Shown: positions 1-11,757, counted from the stretch's first letter. The stretch: DNA of 64,000 bases from Octopus bimaculoides (GCF_001194135.2 NC_068983.1:108196338-108260337); one strand, 5' to 3'. The notes: generated from the sequence alone by a model not told the origin. Program-made: numbers and translations.

Positions 1-547
1 TTTAAAAATTTTTTTTTTTTTTTTTTGCCACAGAAATGACTGAACAGAGACAATTTACTTCAAATGGCAAATGTTCCAGTGAAAGAATACAGTACAGTTG
101 TTTGAATTTTAAACATGAGGTTTTACAACAGATGAAACTGACATAATTGTGGAAAAGTCATTAATAGCATAAAAGCTGCACAAATCACTAAATGTTCACC
201 ACCAAATCAATATAGCGATATTAAGTTGAATAGCTAATTAAAACGATTAAAATGATTAAATAATTAAACACTATTTTATAAATAATATTTTTCATCATTT
301 GGTGGGAGAATCTATAATCAACATAAATAATCAAATTAAAGATACACAAAAACCTGTTTCCCAATACAAGAAAGAATATCAGGTTATTTGTAACAGCTTT
401 GCTAAAGCACAAGCAGAGTTACATAATGATACACACCATGCCCAAGAACTACTTAAAGGAAACAGAAGGTTGTTTAATCAGCAAGAAACAGTAGCTAATC
501 TCCCTTGGATCACACAATTATAGTTTTAAAAAGCAAATGAACATATA

Positions 548-897
548 GGCGCAGGAGTGGCTGTGTGGTAAGTAGCTTGCTTACCAACCACATGGTTCCG
601 GGTTCAGTCCCACTGCGTGGCACCTTGGGCAAGTGTCTTCTACTATAGCCTCGGGCCGACCAAAGCCTCGTGAGTGGATTTGGTAGACGGAAACTGAAAG
701 AAGCCCGTCGTATATATGTATATATATATATATATGTGTGTGTTTGTGTGTCTGTGTTTGTCCTCCTAGCATTGCTTGACAACCGATGCTGGTGTGTTTA
801 TGTCCACATAACTTAGCGGTTCGGCAAAAAGAGACCGATAGAATAAGTACTAGGCTTACAAAGAATAAGTCCCGGGGTCGATTTGCTCGACTAAAGG
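548..897 (+). mobile_element. tRNA-headed SINE, family A (runs into assembly gap)
   Basis: A-box-like TGGCTGTGTGG and B-box-like GGTTCAGTCCC head, body ending GGAAACTGAAAGAAGCCC, internal (TA)n(TG)n, tail GAATAAGTAC...GGGGTCGAT. Homologous copies at 12878, 18085, 35025, 37367, 44005. Confidence 0.88.
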
Positions 898-1440
898 NNN
901 NNNNNNNNNNNNNNNNNNNNNNNNNNNNNNNNNNNNNNNNNNNNNNNNNNNNNNNNNNNNNNNNNNNNNNNNNNNNNNNNNNNNNNNNNNNNNNNNNNNN
1001 NNNNNNNNNNNNNNNNNNNNNNNNNNNNNNNNNNNNNNNNNNNNNNNNNNNNNNNNNNNNNNNNNNNNNNNNNNNNNNNNNNNNNNNNNNNNNNNNNNNN
1101 NNNNNNNNNNNNNNNNNNNNNNNNNNNNNNNNNNNNNNNNNNNNNNNNNNNNNNNNNNNNNNNNNNNNNNNNNNNNNNNNNNNNNNNNNNNNNNNNNNNN
1201 NNNNNNNNNNNNNNNNNNNNNNNNNNNNNNNNNNNNNNNNNNNNNNNNNNNNNNNNNNNNNNNNNNNNNNNNNNNNNNNNNNNNNNNNNNNNNNNNNNNN
1301 NNNNNNNNNNNNNNNNNNNNNNNNNNNNNNNNNNNNNNNNNNNNNNNNNNNNNNNNNNNNNNNNNNNNNNNNNNNNNNNNNNNNNNNNNNNNNNNNNNNN
1401 NNNNNNNNNNNNNNNNNNNNNNNNNNNNNNNNNNNNNNNN
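898..1440. other. Assembly gap (N run)
   Basis: Direct. Other gaps: 7751-8279, 15798-15807, 44539-44619, 53719-53818, 57147-57156, 59729-59738, 60804-61071, 62121-62428. Gap edges are repeats, homopolymers or microsatellites in most cases. Confidence 0.99.
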
Positions 1441-1571
1441 CCCCCCCCCCCACAACATCGCTTGACAAACGATGGTGGTGTGTTTACATACCTGTAACTT
1501 AGCGATTCAGCCAAAGAAAACTTCCAAAGAATAAGTCCTGGGGTCGATTTGCTCGACTAAAGGCAGTGCTC
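1441..1571 (+). mobile_element. SINE family A, 3' half of a second, diverged copy
   Basis: CGCTTGACAAACGATGGTGGTGTGTTTA...GAATAAGTCCTGGGGTCGATTTGCTCGACTAAAGG parallels 770-897 but with substitutions and an internal deletion, so it is not an exact assembly duplicate. Confidence 0.8.
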
Positions 1572-1791
1572 TACCAAGTAAAAGAGTAATTAAAAGAAAA
1601 GTTCATAATTGAGTCAACGCTTCCACGTGGACTCTTGACACCAGTAAGAAACAATTATGAACGTTTCTTTTAATTACATTTATTTTAAAAATATGTATTT
1701 TTGATAAGGTTCGCTTTTTCAGGAACCAAAACATGTAAAATATCTCTGAGAAAATTAAAATTTATCGTATATAGTGGCGTTTTGAAACTTC

Positions 1792-1830
<39 letters not shown>

Positions 1831-2769
1831 TACACACACATGCATGCATGCATACATGTATGTATGTATTTGTTTTAAAAGCCACAGACATTTATTTATA
1901 GAGGTGCATGATTGCCAATGTATGCCTTCAGAAAGAATATGTTTGCAAACATTCAATATTACCATGCCAACCAGTAACATGCCAGTCTAACATAAATGGA
2001 AAAGAGGTGTAATAAGTGAGTATTATTCCAAGTCTGACTGTTGGCAATAGACTTTCAATAAATAACTGTAAAAGGCTATCTCAGAGGCTGTGTAGTTGAA
2101 GTGATGTGTCTATAGTAAATGCCTCATGTGATGGACGTAAATATGGTGCTTCAGTAAAATATTGATAACAACCTACCAGTTTCCCATTCATGAGTTCACT
2201 TATTCTTAAAGTTGTAGGTGAATAAAACTATAATTGATTTATAAATAAACAATTAAGATGTGATAGAGTAGAAACAATAGAGTGCTGGCCTAAAAGCTTA
2301 GCAGTATGTAATATTGAAACTTTACGTTAGATGATCAAATTTTACCACATCTGGTTTTATTTCTCAACTTGAGGAGATTGATAAATGAAATACCAGTTAA
2401 GTACAGAGGTTAATTTAACAAGCATTTTTACTTCCTGAGAAATGTGTGACCCTACACCAAAGTAGGAAATGAATATTTATGACATGTATAACATTTAACA
2501 TCTCTGTATAAATCAGTTAATATGTGTTTGTAATGAAAAAAAAAATGGTGCCCTTCTTTACATAACTTTTGCTGCAAATCTCACATTATTATCCAGTTGC
2601 TCAGCATCCTTTCTGTACTGCCTCTTCTCGCTTACCTTCCTACCAGTTCACATTTATTATCAACCATCTCTCCACAGTTGTTCCCTATTCACTACATCTA
2701 TCCCAACGCATATCATAATCTCTAACCATCTTTCACACTACCCTGCAATTTCGAAGCTTCTACCTTCAT

Positions 2770-3595
2770 GATCAGAGCTTTAATTTTCATATCACTAGTG
2801 GTATTTCCTCCCAGAAGATGCATGTTTTTTTTCCTTTTTTCATGTAGAAACTTTAAATGCTGGCTTTTCTTGAGAAATAAAAGTTCTAGAAGGCAAGAAT
2901 TTCTAGAAAAGTGCAGTTTCATCAACATTGTATACTTGCTTTTCTATGTATTTTCCACTAGCAATCATCTTTTTCATCTACTCAAAATATTTACTGCCAA
3001 TCTTTCCATCAGCACTGGTAACATCACCAGCTAGTAATTTTTAATGAAAAATGAAAAAAAAAAAAAAAAAAAAAGAAAAAAAATACCCACAAACTGAGAA
3101 AGAATAAAATAAATAGATAATTAATATAGGCAGGAAATATACTGAAATTGTGCTTTTGCAAACTGTACAGCAAAACAAAATTTACAGATTTCCTGCAACA
3201 TTCTATTAGTACAAATTATAAAAACAAAGACCAAAAAGCATTTAATATGCTGTACAAATTCAAGTGCTTCTTAAACCTTTCAAACCAGCCTTTATAAGCC
3301 AGGAGAGATTTTTCATTTAAAGATTCCCTTTCCTTTTTCTGAAAATCATCGTTCAAACATTATCTTTAATTACCATCATGCTTACTTGCACAATGTGTCC
3401 GCTCTGATCCACTCAATCCATACGCTCAAGACTCATTCTAATTTAAGTATCATAGATCAATGACAAGGATTGAGCAGTTAACAGCATAGCCACTTGAGCA
3501 TGTGACTTGATTTTCTCCCCATTGCCATGTATTGTTCCTAGTGTATATGTTACAAGCTTTGATGATTGGGCAATCAGGCTGATGTTTTGGTAATG
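2770..3595 (-). mobile_element. Tigger/pogo-family (CENP-B-like, DDE_1) transposase remnant, interrupted by an insertion at ~3041-3246
   Basis: Manual minus-strand translation with stops/frameshifts: LIAQSSKLVTYTLGTIHGNGEKIKSH (N-terminal HTH-like), AYKGWFERFKKHLNLYSI, then after the insert AGDVTSADGK...KQVYNVDETALF*KFLPSRTFISQEK and LLGGNTTSDMKIKALIM. These match the Tigger motifs ASxGWFxRFKxR, GEAASAD, QVFNxDETGLFWK and LLGxNAxGDxKLKPL in the correct order. Confidence 0.88.
3086..3246 (+). repeat. Local direct repeat, copy 1 (partner 5625-5785)
   Basis: 161 nt ungapped alignment with about 10 substitutions; both copies are preceded by GAAAATG plus an A-run. Confidence 0.95.
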
Positions 3596-4143
3596 GGGCT
3601 GCCCCCCCCCCGCCCACACACACACACTTCAAACGTTTTAAAAACATCAAGTTTTAATATCCAGTGTAATGGTGTAATCCTTTTAGAATTCTTTTTCATC
3701 CTACTACCTTCAGATCGATTCAGCAGCTGTGGCATCAACAGTTATCCACAACAAATATGTAGTGAAATAACAGCACCAAAACAGAACCATTTTTTGAGGA
3801 CTAAAATTTGTCATCTTATTCCTATGGATGTAAGAATGCAAACGTGATGAAGTAAACATGAATGAGGAAGTATTGTATGTTTACATGTACTTGAAGGATT
3901 ACCAGTTTCAGAGGCATTTTGCTCTTGCACATCTCACTTGACCCATAAAGATTCCACACTCCACTTATGCATACGTGCACCAGTGTTGATATATAACATA
4001 TGTAGCTACAGACATTGCTAACCTGCTGATATTATTAGTGTTGCCAATTGGTTATTCAATAGTAGTTGTGGTGTTATTCGTTTTGGTGTGAGTGGTGGTG
4101 GGGGATCTAATGGTGGTAACTGTAGTCATATTGTTCTTGCTGT

Positions 4144-4518
4144 GGAGGTGCAATGGCCCAGTGGTTAGGGCAGCGGACTTGCGGTCATAGGATCGCGGTT
4201 TCAATTCCCAGACCGGGCGTTGTGAGTGTTTATTGAGCGAAAACACCTAAAGCTCCACGAGGCTCCGGCAGGGGATGGTGGCGAACCCTGCTGCACTCTT
4301 TCACCACAACTTTCTTCCTGTTTCTGTTGTGCCTGTAATTCAAAGGGTCAGCCTTGTCACACTGTGTCATGCTGAATATCCCCGAGAACTACGTTAAGGG
4401 TACACGTGTCTATGGAGTGCTCAGCCACTTGCACGTTAATTTCACAAGCAGGCTGTTCCGTTGATCGGATCAACTGGAACCCTCGACGTCGTAAGCGACG
4501 GAGTGTCAACAAAAAAAA
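4144..4518 (+). mobile_element. tRNA-headed SINE, family C (CpG-rich, relatively young)
   Basis: A box TGGCCCAGTGG, B-box-like GGTTTCAATTCC, ~370 nt GC-rich body ending in CAAC/A-rich tail; retains many CpGs against a CpG-poor background. Confidence 0.8.
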
Positions 4519-4699
4519 TTGTTCTTGCTTTATAACTGCTGCTATTTAGTCTCAAGTCAATCCTCATTGATATATGATAAAAGACATTTCATTCAACACA
4601 CAAAATAAATTAGAGGACCATATACCTCATGTGATCATTCTTTTTTTTTTTTATTATTTTAGATGGAGTTGCATATCTTGTTCATACTATTGTTTTTTT

Positions 4700-4853
4700 C
4701 TACTCTACGCAAAAGGCCCGAAATTTTTTGGGAGGGAGCCAGTCAATTAGAGCGACACCAATATGCAACTGGTACTTATTTTATCGACCCCGAAAGGATG
4801 AAAGGCAAAGTTGACCTCGGCGGAATTTGAACTCAGAAACGTAAAGACAAACG
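4700..4853 (-). mobile_element. SINE family B, partial
   Basis: ACTGGTACTTATTTTATCGACCCCGAAAGGATGAAAGGCAAAGTTGACCTCGGCGGAATTTGAACTCAG, the reverse complement of a B box plus central domain shared with more than 12 other copies here. Confidence 0.88.
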
Positions 4854-5624
4854 ATGGTCATTGAGGAGTTGGTATGGCTGTAATGGTTTTGGTGTTGATG
4901 ATGATAGTTGTGTTGGTGAATGTTGTGGTAAGGAAGGTCAATTTATTTATTTAGATAGATAAATAAATAGACAGATAGATAAATACTCATTGTAACTCAG
5001 GAAAATAGACAAAGTCACACAATGTATTCAGTCAAAAATAAGGGGTCATGCTTCACAATTTTTATTAGCATAAAATTTCATAACCTGAGATAGCTGTAAT
5101 ACAGGTGCTCTGTATATACATGTGTGTGTGTGTGTGTGTGCGTGTGTGTGTGTAGATAATTTATATAATTTTTATCACAAAAATAGAAAATAAAAATGGA
5201 ATTACAATTTAACTGAAATAAAAATAATAAAATTTCTTTCAATATCCTAACTTTCATTTAAAATATTTTTGACACATTTAAGAAAAAACAAACTAAGAGA
5301 CTTGCCACAACCTCTTGCATGATATAAAACACTAAAATTCATGAAACACACACAATATCCAGCACTGCATACACAGCTTCCAAATATTATACACTAGTGA
5401 GGAGTAAATTGAAAAAAGTAAATAGAAAATTATAAAAGGAAAATTCATTATCAACTGAACTAATCCATTTTGCATAAACAATTGACAGGCAATAATTGTA
5501 AATAGATTATTGTTTCATATCAAGCATAACATAATAAAATATGCTCATGATACTTAACAATTAAGAGAAAATTTTGATCAAATTGTATTTTTAAAAATGT
5601 TTAAAGTGAAAATGAAAAAAAATT

Positions 5625-5785
5625 CCCACAAATTGAGAAAGAAGAAAATAAATAGATAATTAATATAGGCAGGAAATATACTGAAATTGTGTTTTTGCAA
5701 ACTGTATAGCAAAACAAAAATGACAGATTTCCTGCAACATTCTATTAATACAAATTATAAAAACATAGACCATAAAGCATTCAAT
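5625..5785 (+). repeat. Local direct repeat, copy 2 (partner 3086-3246)
   Basis: Same 161 nt alignment as above. Confidence 0.95.
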
Positions 5786-5810
5786 CTTGATATGAAAGGG
5801 ATGTGTAGGT

Positions 5811-5846
5811 GTATGTACGAACACACACACACATATATACGTATAT

Positions 5847-5877
<31 letters not shown>

Positions 5878-5958
5878 CGTATACACACACACACACATAT
5901 ATATGTATATACACACACACACACACACACATATATATGTATATACACACACGCACAT

Positions 5959-6007
<49 letters not shown>

Positions 6008-6077
6008 TATACACACACATATTCACATATACACGCACATGTGTGTGTGTGGTTGTGTGCATGAATGTGTGTGCATG

Positions 6078-6123
<46 letters not shown>
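5811..6123. repeat. Compound (CA)n/(TA)n microsatellite
   Basis: Direct; source of the spurious HT/YI/CV-repeat ORFs. Confidence 0.97.
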
Positions 6124-6378
6124 ATTCAAATAAGCAAACAATTAAAAAGCAGGGTAAAAAAGAAAAAAACAAATGTGAGGATGTGCACAAGAAATATATT
6201 AACTGGACACTTGGTGAAGGGAGAAAGTTCTTAATGTTTCGAGCATAGCTCTTCACCAGAAACAATTAAGTCCAGAGAGACAGAAGGGAAAATAAGGAAA
6301 AATAAGGAAAAATCGCAAACAGCCCTCGTGCAGTTGTATATATAAATATATGGATGTGTGTTTGTATTATATATATGA

Positions 6379-6427
<49 letters not shown>

Positions 6428-6499
6428 TGTGTGTGTATATATGTGTATGTGTGTGTACGTTTGTGTATGTATGTGTGTGCATACATAGATATACATGGT

Positions 6500-6700
6500 T
6501 ATCATTTAACATCCATTTTGCATGTTGGTATGGTGGGATGATTCAGTAGGATCTGAGAGGCAGAGGCCTGCATCATGCTCTAGTGTCTGCTTTGACATGG
6601 TTTCTATGATGGGATACCCTTCATAATACCAAACACTTTGCAGAGCATACTAGGTGCCTTTGTTATGGCACTTGTACTAGTGAGGTCACCCTGTGTCTTG
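6500..6700 (-). mobile_element. Old RTE-type 3' tail (LINE or SINE)
   Basis: CATTTAACATCCATTTTGCATG...GGTTTCTATGATGGGATACCCTTCATAATACCAA is a diverged version of the RTE 3' end at 8288-8445. Confidence 0.6.
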
Positions 6701-7251
6701 CGTGGCAACCCCAGCAGGAAAAAGAGAAAAGAGATGGTAGTGTTGAGGTGTGAGTGCATTCCCACATAAGAATATAAGCGAACTTGGAGAGAGGATCAAA
6801 AAGGGTGAGATGATCGGTGAGAGAAGGTGAAAGGAGAGCAACATGATGAAAAGATGAGGATAGAGGAGAATGCAAATAATGAACAGGAGAGGGGGTGTGA
6901 TCAATGGTGAATATCAGCCTGTGTAGAAGGTGAAGGAAACGGAATCGGTCAAGGAGGAGGAGGGGATAAATGACATTACAAATTAGATTGGGATCCAGAG
7001 CAAGAGTATAAGAAAACTGTATATAAATGAGAAATAGGATGCTGTATAGTTTGTGTGGTGGGTGGGTGAAAGAGAGAGAGAAAGATGTACAGTAAGTGAC
7101 AAAGAAAGACAGTGTGGTTATTGAAAGCAGATATGAGATGGACTTCAAGAAGAGATGTGCAGTAGATGAAATAAAACGGCAAGGGAAAAGAGTGGTAAAT
7201 GCAGGATGGGGGACAAAAGGAAGTGATTCCAAGGAGGGGTATAATTAATAG

Positions 7252-7317
7252 TACAGAAGGGGTTAGGCAATTACAGGATATCACTAATTACCTCTGTCCT
7301 TCATCAGCTCCTCTGTA
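7252..7317 (-). ncRNA. Decayed hammerhead-ribozyme-like motif (probably inactive)
   Basis: Minus strand: TACAGAGGAG-CTGATGA-AGGA(18 nt)TCCT-GTAA-TTGCCTAAC-CCCTTCTGTA. Core CTGATGA intact, stem II 4 bp, stem I 9/10 pairs, GAAA is GTAA, stem III and cleavage site degenerate. Confidence 0.4.
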
Positions 7318-8287
7318 GGGCTCAACATACTTTGATCAGTTGCCACTGCATGTATGTATACATACAGAGATACATACATATCATACATGTACGTATGCAT
7401 GTGTCAAAATGCCAGTGTTGAATGGTGGCAGCTGATGAAGGAAATGTTCTCTATGTGGCCTGTGTGTTTTCTGTACTTGTTTATCATTTTGTCTACGTTT
7501 TGTTTGCAATGTCCTGTATCCAGATATGCATCTATATATTACAGGTAGATGTATGTACATACATGTACGTATATATGCATATACTCATTTATTATTTGTA
7601 TTATATACATATATTTCAAGTTGCTAAGCCTCACAAAAGAGATATTAAGAGACTGCCTGCAGTTCTGTAAAGGACCTGCACTCTGCAAACATGGTAGAGA
7701 TAATGCTCAAAATGTAATAATGAAATGGAGTGCTCTTGCTCCCCCCCCCCNNNNNNNNNNNNNNNNNNNNNNNNNNNNNNNNNNNNNNNNNNNNNNNNNN
7801 NNNNNNNNNNNNNNNNNNNNNNNNNNNNNNNNNNNNNNNNNNNNNNNNNNNNNNNNNNNNNNNNNNNNNNNNNNNNNNNNNNNNNNNNNNNNNNNNNNNN
7901 NNNNNNNNNNNNNNNNNNNNNNNNNNNNNNNNNNNNNNNNNNNNNNNNNNNNNNNNNNNNNNNNNNNNNNNNNNNNNNNNNNNNNNNNNNNNNNNNNNNN
8001 NNNNNNNNNNNNNNNNNNNNNNNNNNNNNNNNNNNNNNNNNNNNNNNNNNNNNNNNNNNNNNNNNNNNNNNNNNNNNNNNNNNNNNNNNNNNNNNNNNNN
8101 NNNNNNNNNNNNNNNNNNNNNNNNNNNNNNNNNNNNNNNNNNNNNNNNNNNNNNNNNNNNNNNNNNNNNNNNNNNNNNNNNNNNNNNNNNNNNNNNNNNN
8201 NNNNNNNNNNNNNNNNNNNNNNNNNNNNNNNNNNNNNNNNNNNNNNNNNNNNNNNNNNNNNNNNNNNNNNNNNNNNNNNACAGGATA

Positions 8288-8604
8288 TCATCATCATCAT
8301 CATCATCATCGTTTAACGTCCGCTTTCCATGCTAGCATGGGTTGGACGATTTGACTGAGGACTGGTGAAACCGGATGGCAACACCAGGCTCCAGTCTGAT
8401 TTGGCAGAGTTTCTACAGCTGGATGCCCTTCCTAACGCCAACCACTCAGAGAGTGTAGTGGGTGCTTTTACGTGTCACCTGCACGAAAACGGCCACGCTC
8501 GAAATGGTGTCTTTTATGTGCCACCCGCACAAGCCAGTCCAGGGGCACTGGCAACGATCTCGCTCGAAAATCCTACAGGAGCCAGTCAGGCGGTACTGGC
8601 AACG
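8288..8604 (-). mobile_element. RTE-clade LINE 3' UTR, 5'-truncated, young
   Basis: (GAT)n tail; matches 44360-44770, which is attached to an RTE ORF C-terminus; TATCA at both junctions (8286-8290, 8605-8609) is a possible TSD. Confidence 0.88.
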
Positions 8605-10216
8605 TATCACATAGATAAAAGTGCACATAAGATAACCTAGTCAAATAATCTTTGATTTACTCTTGTTAGTTTTTAACAATCTCAATAAACCCCTCATACC
8701 TCTTTAGTTTTTTTTTTTTTTATTTCCCCTTTATTTTCTTTTGATTCCTCTTTATCTATTTACCATTATGAGTGGTCAGTGAGGTGAATGTGTGTGTATA
8801 TGTGTATCTGTGCATGTTGCTTACGTGTGTGTGTGTGTGTGTGTGGTTGGTAATAAGTGAGAATAGGCAAACTTGCAATAATTTTTTTTTGTATCTTTCA
8901 TTGCTACAGACAACTATTTTTTTTTTTTTCATTTTTTTTCATTTTTCATTTATTCACCCTTGCAACACTGAGTTGAATTAAAGTGGTCGGGCATTGATAA
9001 CATTAGCCACTGTTTATAGGAGACACTGTAATGTTATGACCTGTATAATTCAAATAATTGGAATTAGTAGGATGACTCATAGTTATGGCTCCTCAACAGA
9101 TGGTACTCAGAGTAAAATATAAAAGTAATAAGGGAAGAATTCTACATATCTGGCCTTGCACAAGAGATGAATATCACAATACCACTCAACAGTCACACAT
9201 CTTGTGTGGAAAAAAGAAAACTTAATGTCAGAAGGACCAATATATGTATTGGGTCATCCCATAAATAATGCAGTTCTTTTCAATGCTGTAATATTGTTCG
9301 TACTTAACTATCATGTTAAATCTCTGGAAGACATCTATTTCTTAGTGATATCCTATTTCGTAACTTGTTTTGTTTCATTTTCTCATGAAAACGAGTATTA
9401 CACACCACATGTTCATATTTTTTAATTAGTTGAGTTAAATCCTATGAATTTTCATTCCTAAGTTATTTCTTCATGATTCAAATGACATCAAGCTTTTCAA
9501 ACTCTTTCAAACTTTGTTTTCTCAAACTTTTTCATTGCTCATCTATCATATATCATTCATAATACTTCGATCTGGTCTTCTTAAGAAATCTGCATATCAT
9601 ACGTATAAAAGAATGACTTTCTTTGAAGTGTAATAAATTATTATTCTCATCACAAACTTAACTACAAAGAAAGTATCTAAGTTATATTTAATAGTTGATG
9701 TTTCTTTAATTATTTCTGGACTTCATTACAATTTCAGCTTTATCTTCTCTTCAGGAAAAATCATTTATTACAATGTCAGTTAAATCTTTTTCTCTCTTTG
9801 AATTCTGAATTCAAGATCAATGATATATTTTGTGTTCTCTTATCTTGAACACAGAGGTCTATATTTTCTTACATGAAAGAAATGCAGCTTGTCTACAAAC
9901 AATGTTTACAAATTCAATAGATCCTTCAACAATGTGAATAGCCGCTTGGAAAACATTTGAACTGTATGCTTGTCAAACCTCAGTCAACATTATGTCTAGA
10001 TGTGACAAATAATATTTGTTCTATATCAGCCATTAAATGTGTATGTGTGTGTGTGTGTGAGTCTGTGAATCTGAGTTTGTTATAACATTTTATATATTTA
10101 AATGAGAGGTTTAGGTGAAAAATAATGATAATAATAATATACTCTAGGTGTCAGGAAGACACTCAGCATAATGGAAACGGAATTAAAAGAAGATACTAAT
10201 GAAGATAATAATAATA

Positions 10217-10432
10217 ATCCTTTTTATTATAGGTACAAGGCCTGAAAATTAGTGGGAGGATACTAGGTGATCTCATCGACCCCAGTATTTCACTGGTACT
10301 TAATTTATTGACCCCAAAAGGATGAAAGGCAAAGTCAACCTCGGTGGAATTTGAACCCAGAACATAGTAACAGGTGAAATCCCACTAAGCATTTTGCCCA
10401 GCATGCTAGCAATTCTACCAGCTTGCTACCTT
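10217..10432 (-). mobile_element. SINE family B, near full length, type-1 tail
   Basis: TCCTT..TATAGGTACAAGGCCTGAAA tail, central domain and B box; flanked by (AAT)n on both sides. Confidence 0.9.
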
Positions 10433-10481
10433 AATAGTAATAATAATAATTATAATGATGATGATGATGATAAATTCTCTG

Positions 10482-11035
10482 ATACAATACTAGGCAGTGG
10501 CTCTCATGGTTTTAGATCTTAACTGGTTGGAAGTGTTATCAGGTTTTTTTCTTAGTTTAAAAGATGGGCAACAGCAAATATTCTGCTCAATACCTCAGAT
10601 TTACTTATCATTTGCTTGACCTTAACCAGTTGAGCATGTCCCTTAGTGAGCATCTCTGATCATAAGCAGGAGTAGTGGAGGAGCATCATAGTTATGTGTT
10701 AAGAGGAATTTCGGAGGGTTTGAATAATTGACCTCAGGTGACATGGTCGTTTTGTTCATCATCCTTAAACAACCTTTATTCACAGGGACCTTTTGAGCAG
10801 GATGGGCTACTTGACCTGAATAAAATTCTAACTGAGCCTCACCTGTAAGATCATGTGCTGTTTATCTTGGTACGAGATCACCATGTTACGCACATATTGT
10901 TGTGATGCATGTGCCTGGTGTACTCTTGTCAGACAGGTAGTCATGATGGGTATATAGGACTTCATATATATAGCCCAGCATCACTTTGATGATGTGTGCT
11001 ACTCTCTTATTCAATAATAATAATAATAATAATAA
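10482..11035 (+). repeat. Probable interspersed repeat with (AAT)n tail
   Basis: ~530 nt block more GC-rich than its flanks, ending in (AAT)n; no second copy in the window and family not assigned. Confidence 0.35.
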
Positions 11036-11362
11036 ATAACAATGATTTCATTTATTTGCCACCAGGATGCAGGATGTGGGGGACAATACAAAAGCAGACA
11101 CAAAGTGCGCGTGTGTGTGTGTGTGTGTGGGGGGGTTGCATACAATGAAATGATAAAATAAATAAACAACAAAAAAGAGTAAGTATTCAGGGTATACAAT
11201 GAAAAGGAAGGGATATATACGTAGTATACAAAAGGTTAAAAAAAAGGGGGAGGGTAAGATGTAGTCCTAATACAGGTTGACCTCTAGGGATAAAAGAAGA
11301 GCCCTGCTGTCCAAGATCTCTCTGAACACCAAAGTCAAGTGCAATAATAACAATAACATGAA

Positions 11363-11462
11363 TGGTTCCAAATTTTGGCACAGGGCCAACAGTTTTTGAG
11401 GGGAGGGCTGTTCTCCTATTTAATTAACCCTAGGAGAAAGAAAGACAAATTTGAACCCAGCA
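11363..11462 (-). mobile_element. SINE family B fragment, type-2 tail
   Basis: TGGTTCCAAATTTTGGCACAGGGCCAAC...AATTTGAACCCAG, internally deleted. Confidence 0.55.
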
Positions 11463-11757
11463 ACATTTAAAATACATACGGTTATACATATTTCAGGATT
11501 ACATGAAGATTGGAAGAAGAAAAAAAGAAAAAGGAAAGAATTACTTGCAAAATATTGAATCTCAACTTACTATTTGTTCAGTTATGTATTTTTCAGGACT
11601 ATCACAATAGAAAGTGTCAGCACATGACAGTGGTAATCCAGATTGTGAATCCTACAAAAGGAGAAAAAAGAACCAATATATATAAACTGGCAGAACAAAT
11701 ATATATATATATATATATATACAAATAAGTATGTATGCATTTATTTATGTATGTATG

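Noticed and set aside
299-523. 74-aa ORF (..QKPVSQYKKEYQVICNSFAKAQAELH..) with protein-like composition
   Set aside because: No family recognised and no convincing splice sites; BLASTX or RNA-seq would be needed.
581-1514. Long ORFs spanning N runs (also 7549-8354, 44424-44939, 53534-53929, 60510-61234, 61664-62686)
   Set aside because: Open only because N codons translate as X; flanks are SINE or microsatellite sequence.
3714-3829. Candidate + strand exon (pyrimidine tract-CAG ... GTAAGA; DRFSSCGINSYPQQICSEITAPK..)
   Set aside because: Good splice signals and one open frame, but no recognisable homology and no partner exons; such pseudo-exons are common in AT-rich DNA.
4144-4220. tRNA-like sequence (also heads at 548, 19104, 58592)
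   Set aside because: A and B boxes are present but I could not close a cloverleaf, and each runs into a repeated SINE body.
5660-6541. YI/HT/CV-repeat ORFs here and at 22631-23128, 59806-60287, 62458-63095
   Set aside because: Translations of dinucleotide microsatellites, open on both strands in several frames.
6663-7284. 189-aa and 102-aa minus-strand ORFs rich in L/S/F/H/P
   Set aside because: Product of a pyrimidine-skewed low-complexity tract; no domain.
9873-9961. Candidate - strand exon (SNVFQAAIHIVEGSIEFVNIVCRQAAFLS) and patchy similarity to ~13780-13850 (TTTTCTTACATGAAAGA, ACAATGTTTACAA)
   Set aside because: Weak acceptor, no homology recognised; shared words are short, AT-rich and unevenly spaced.
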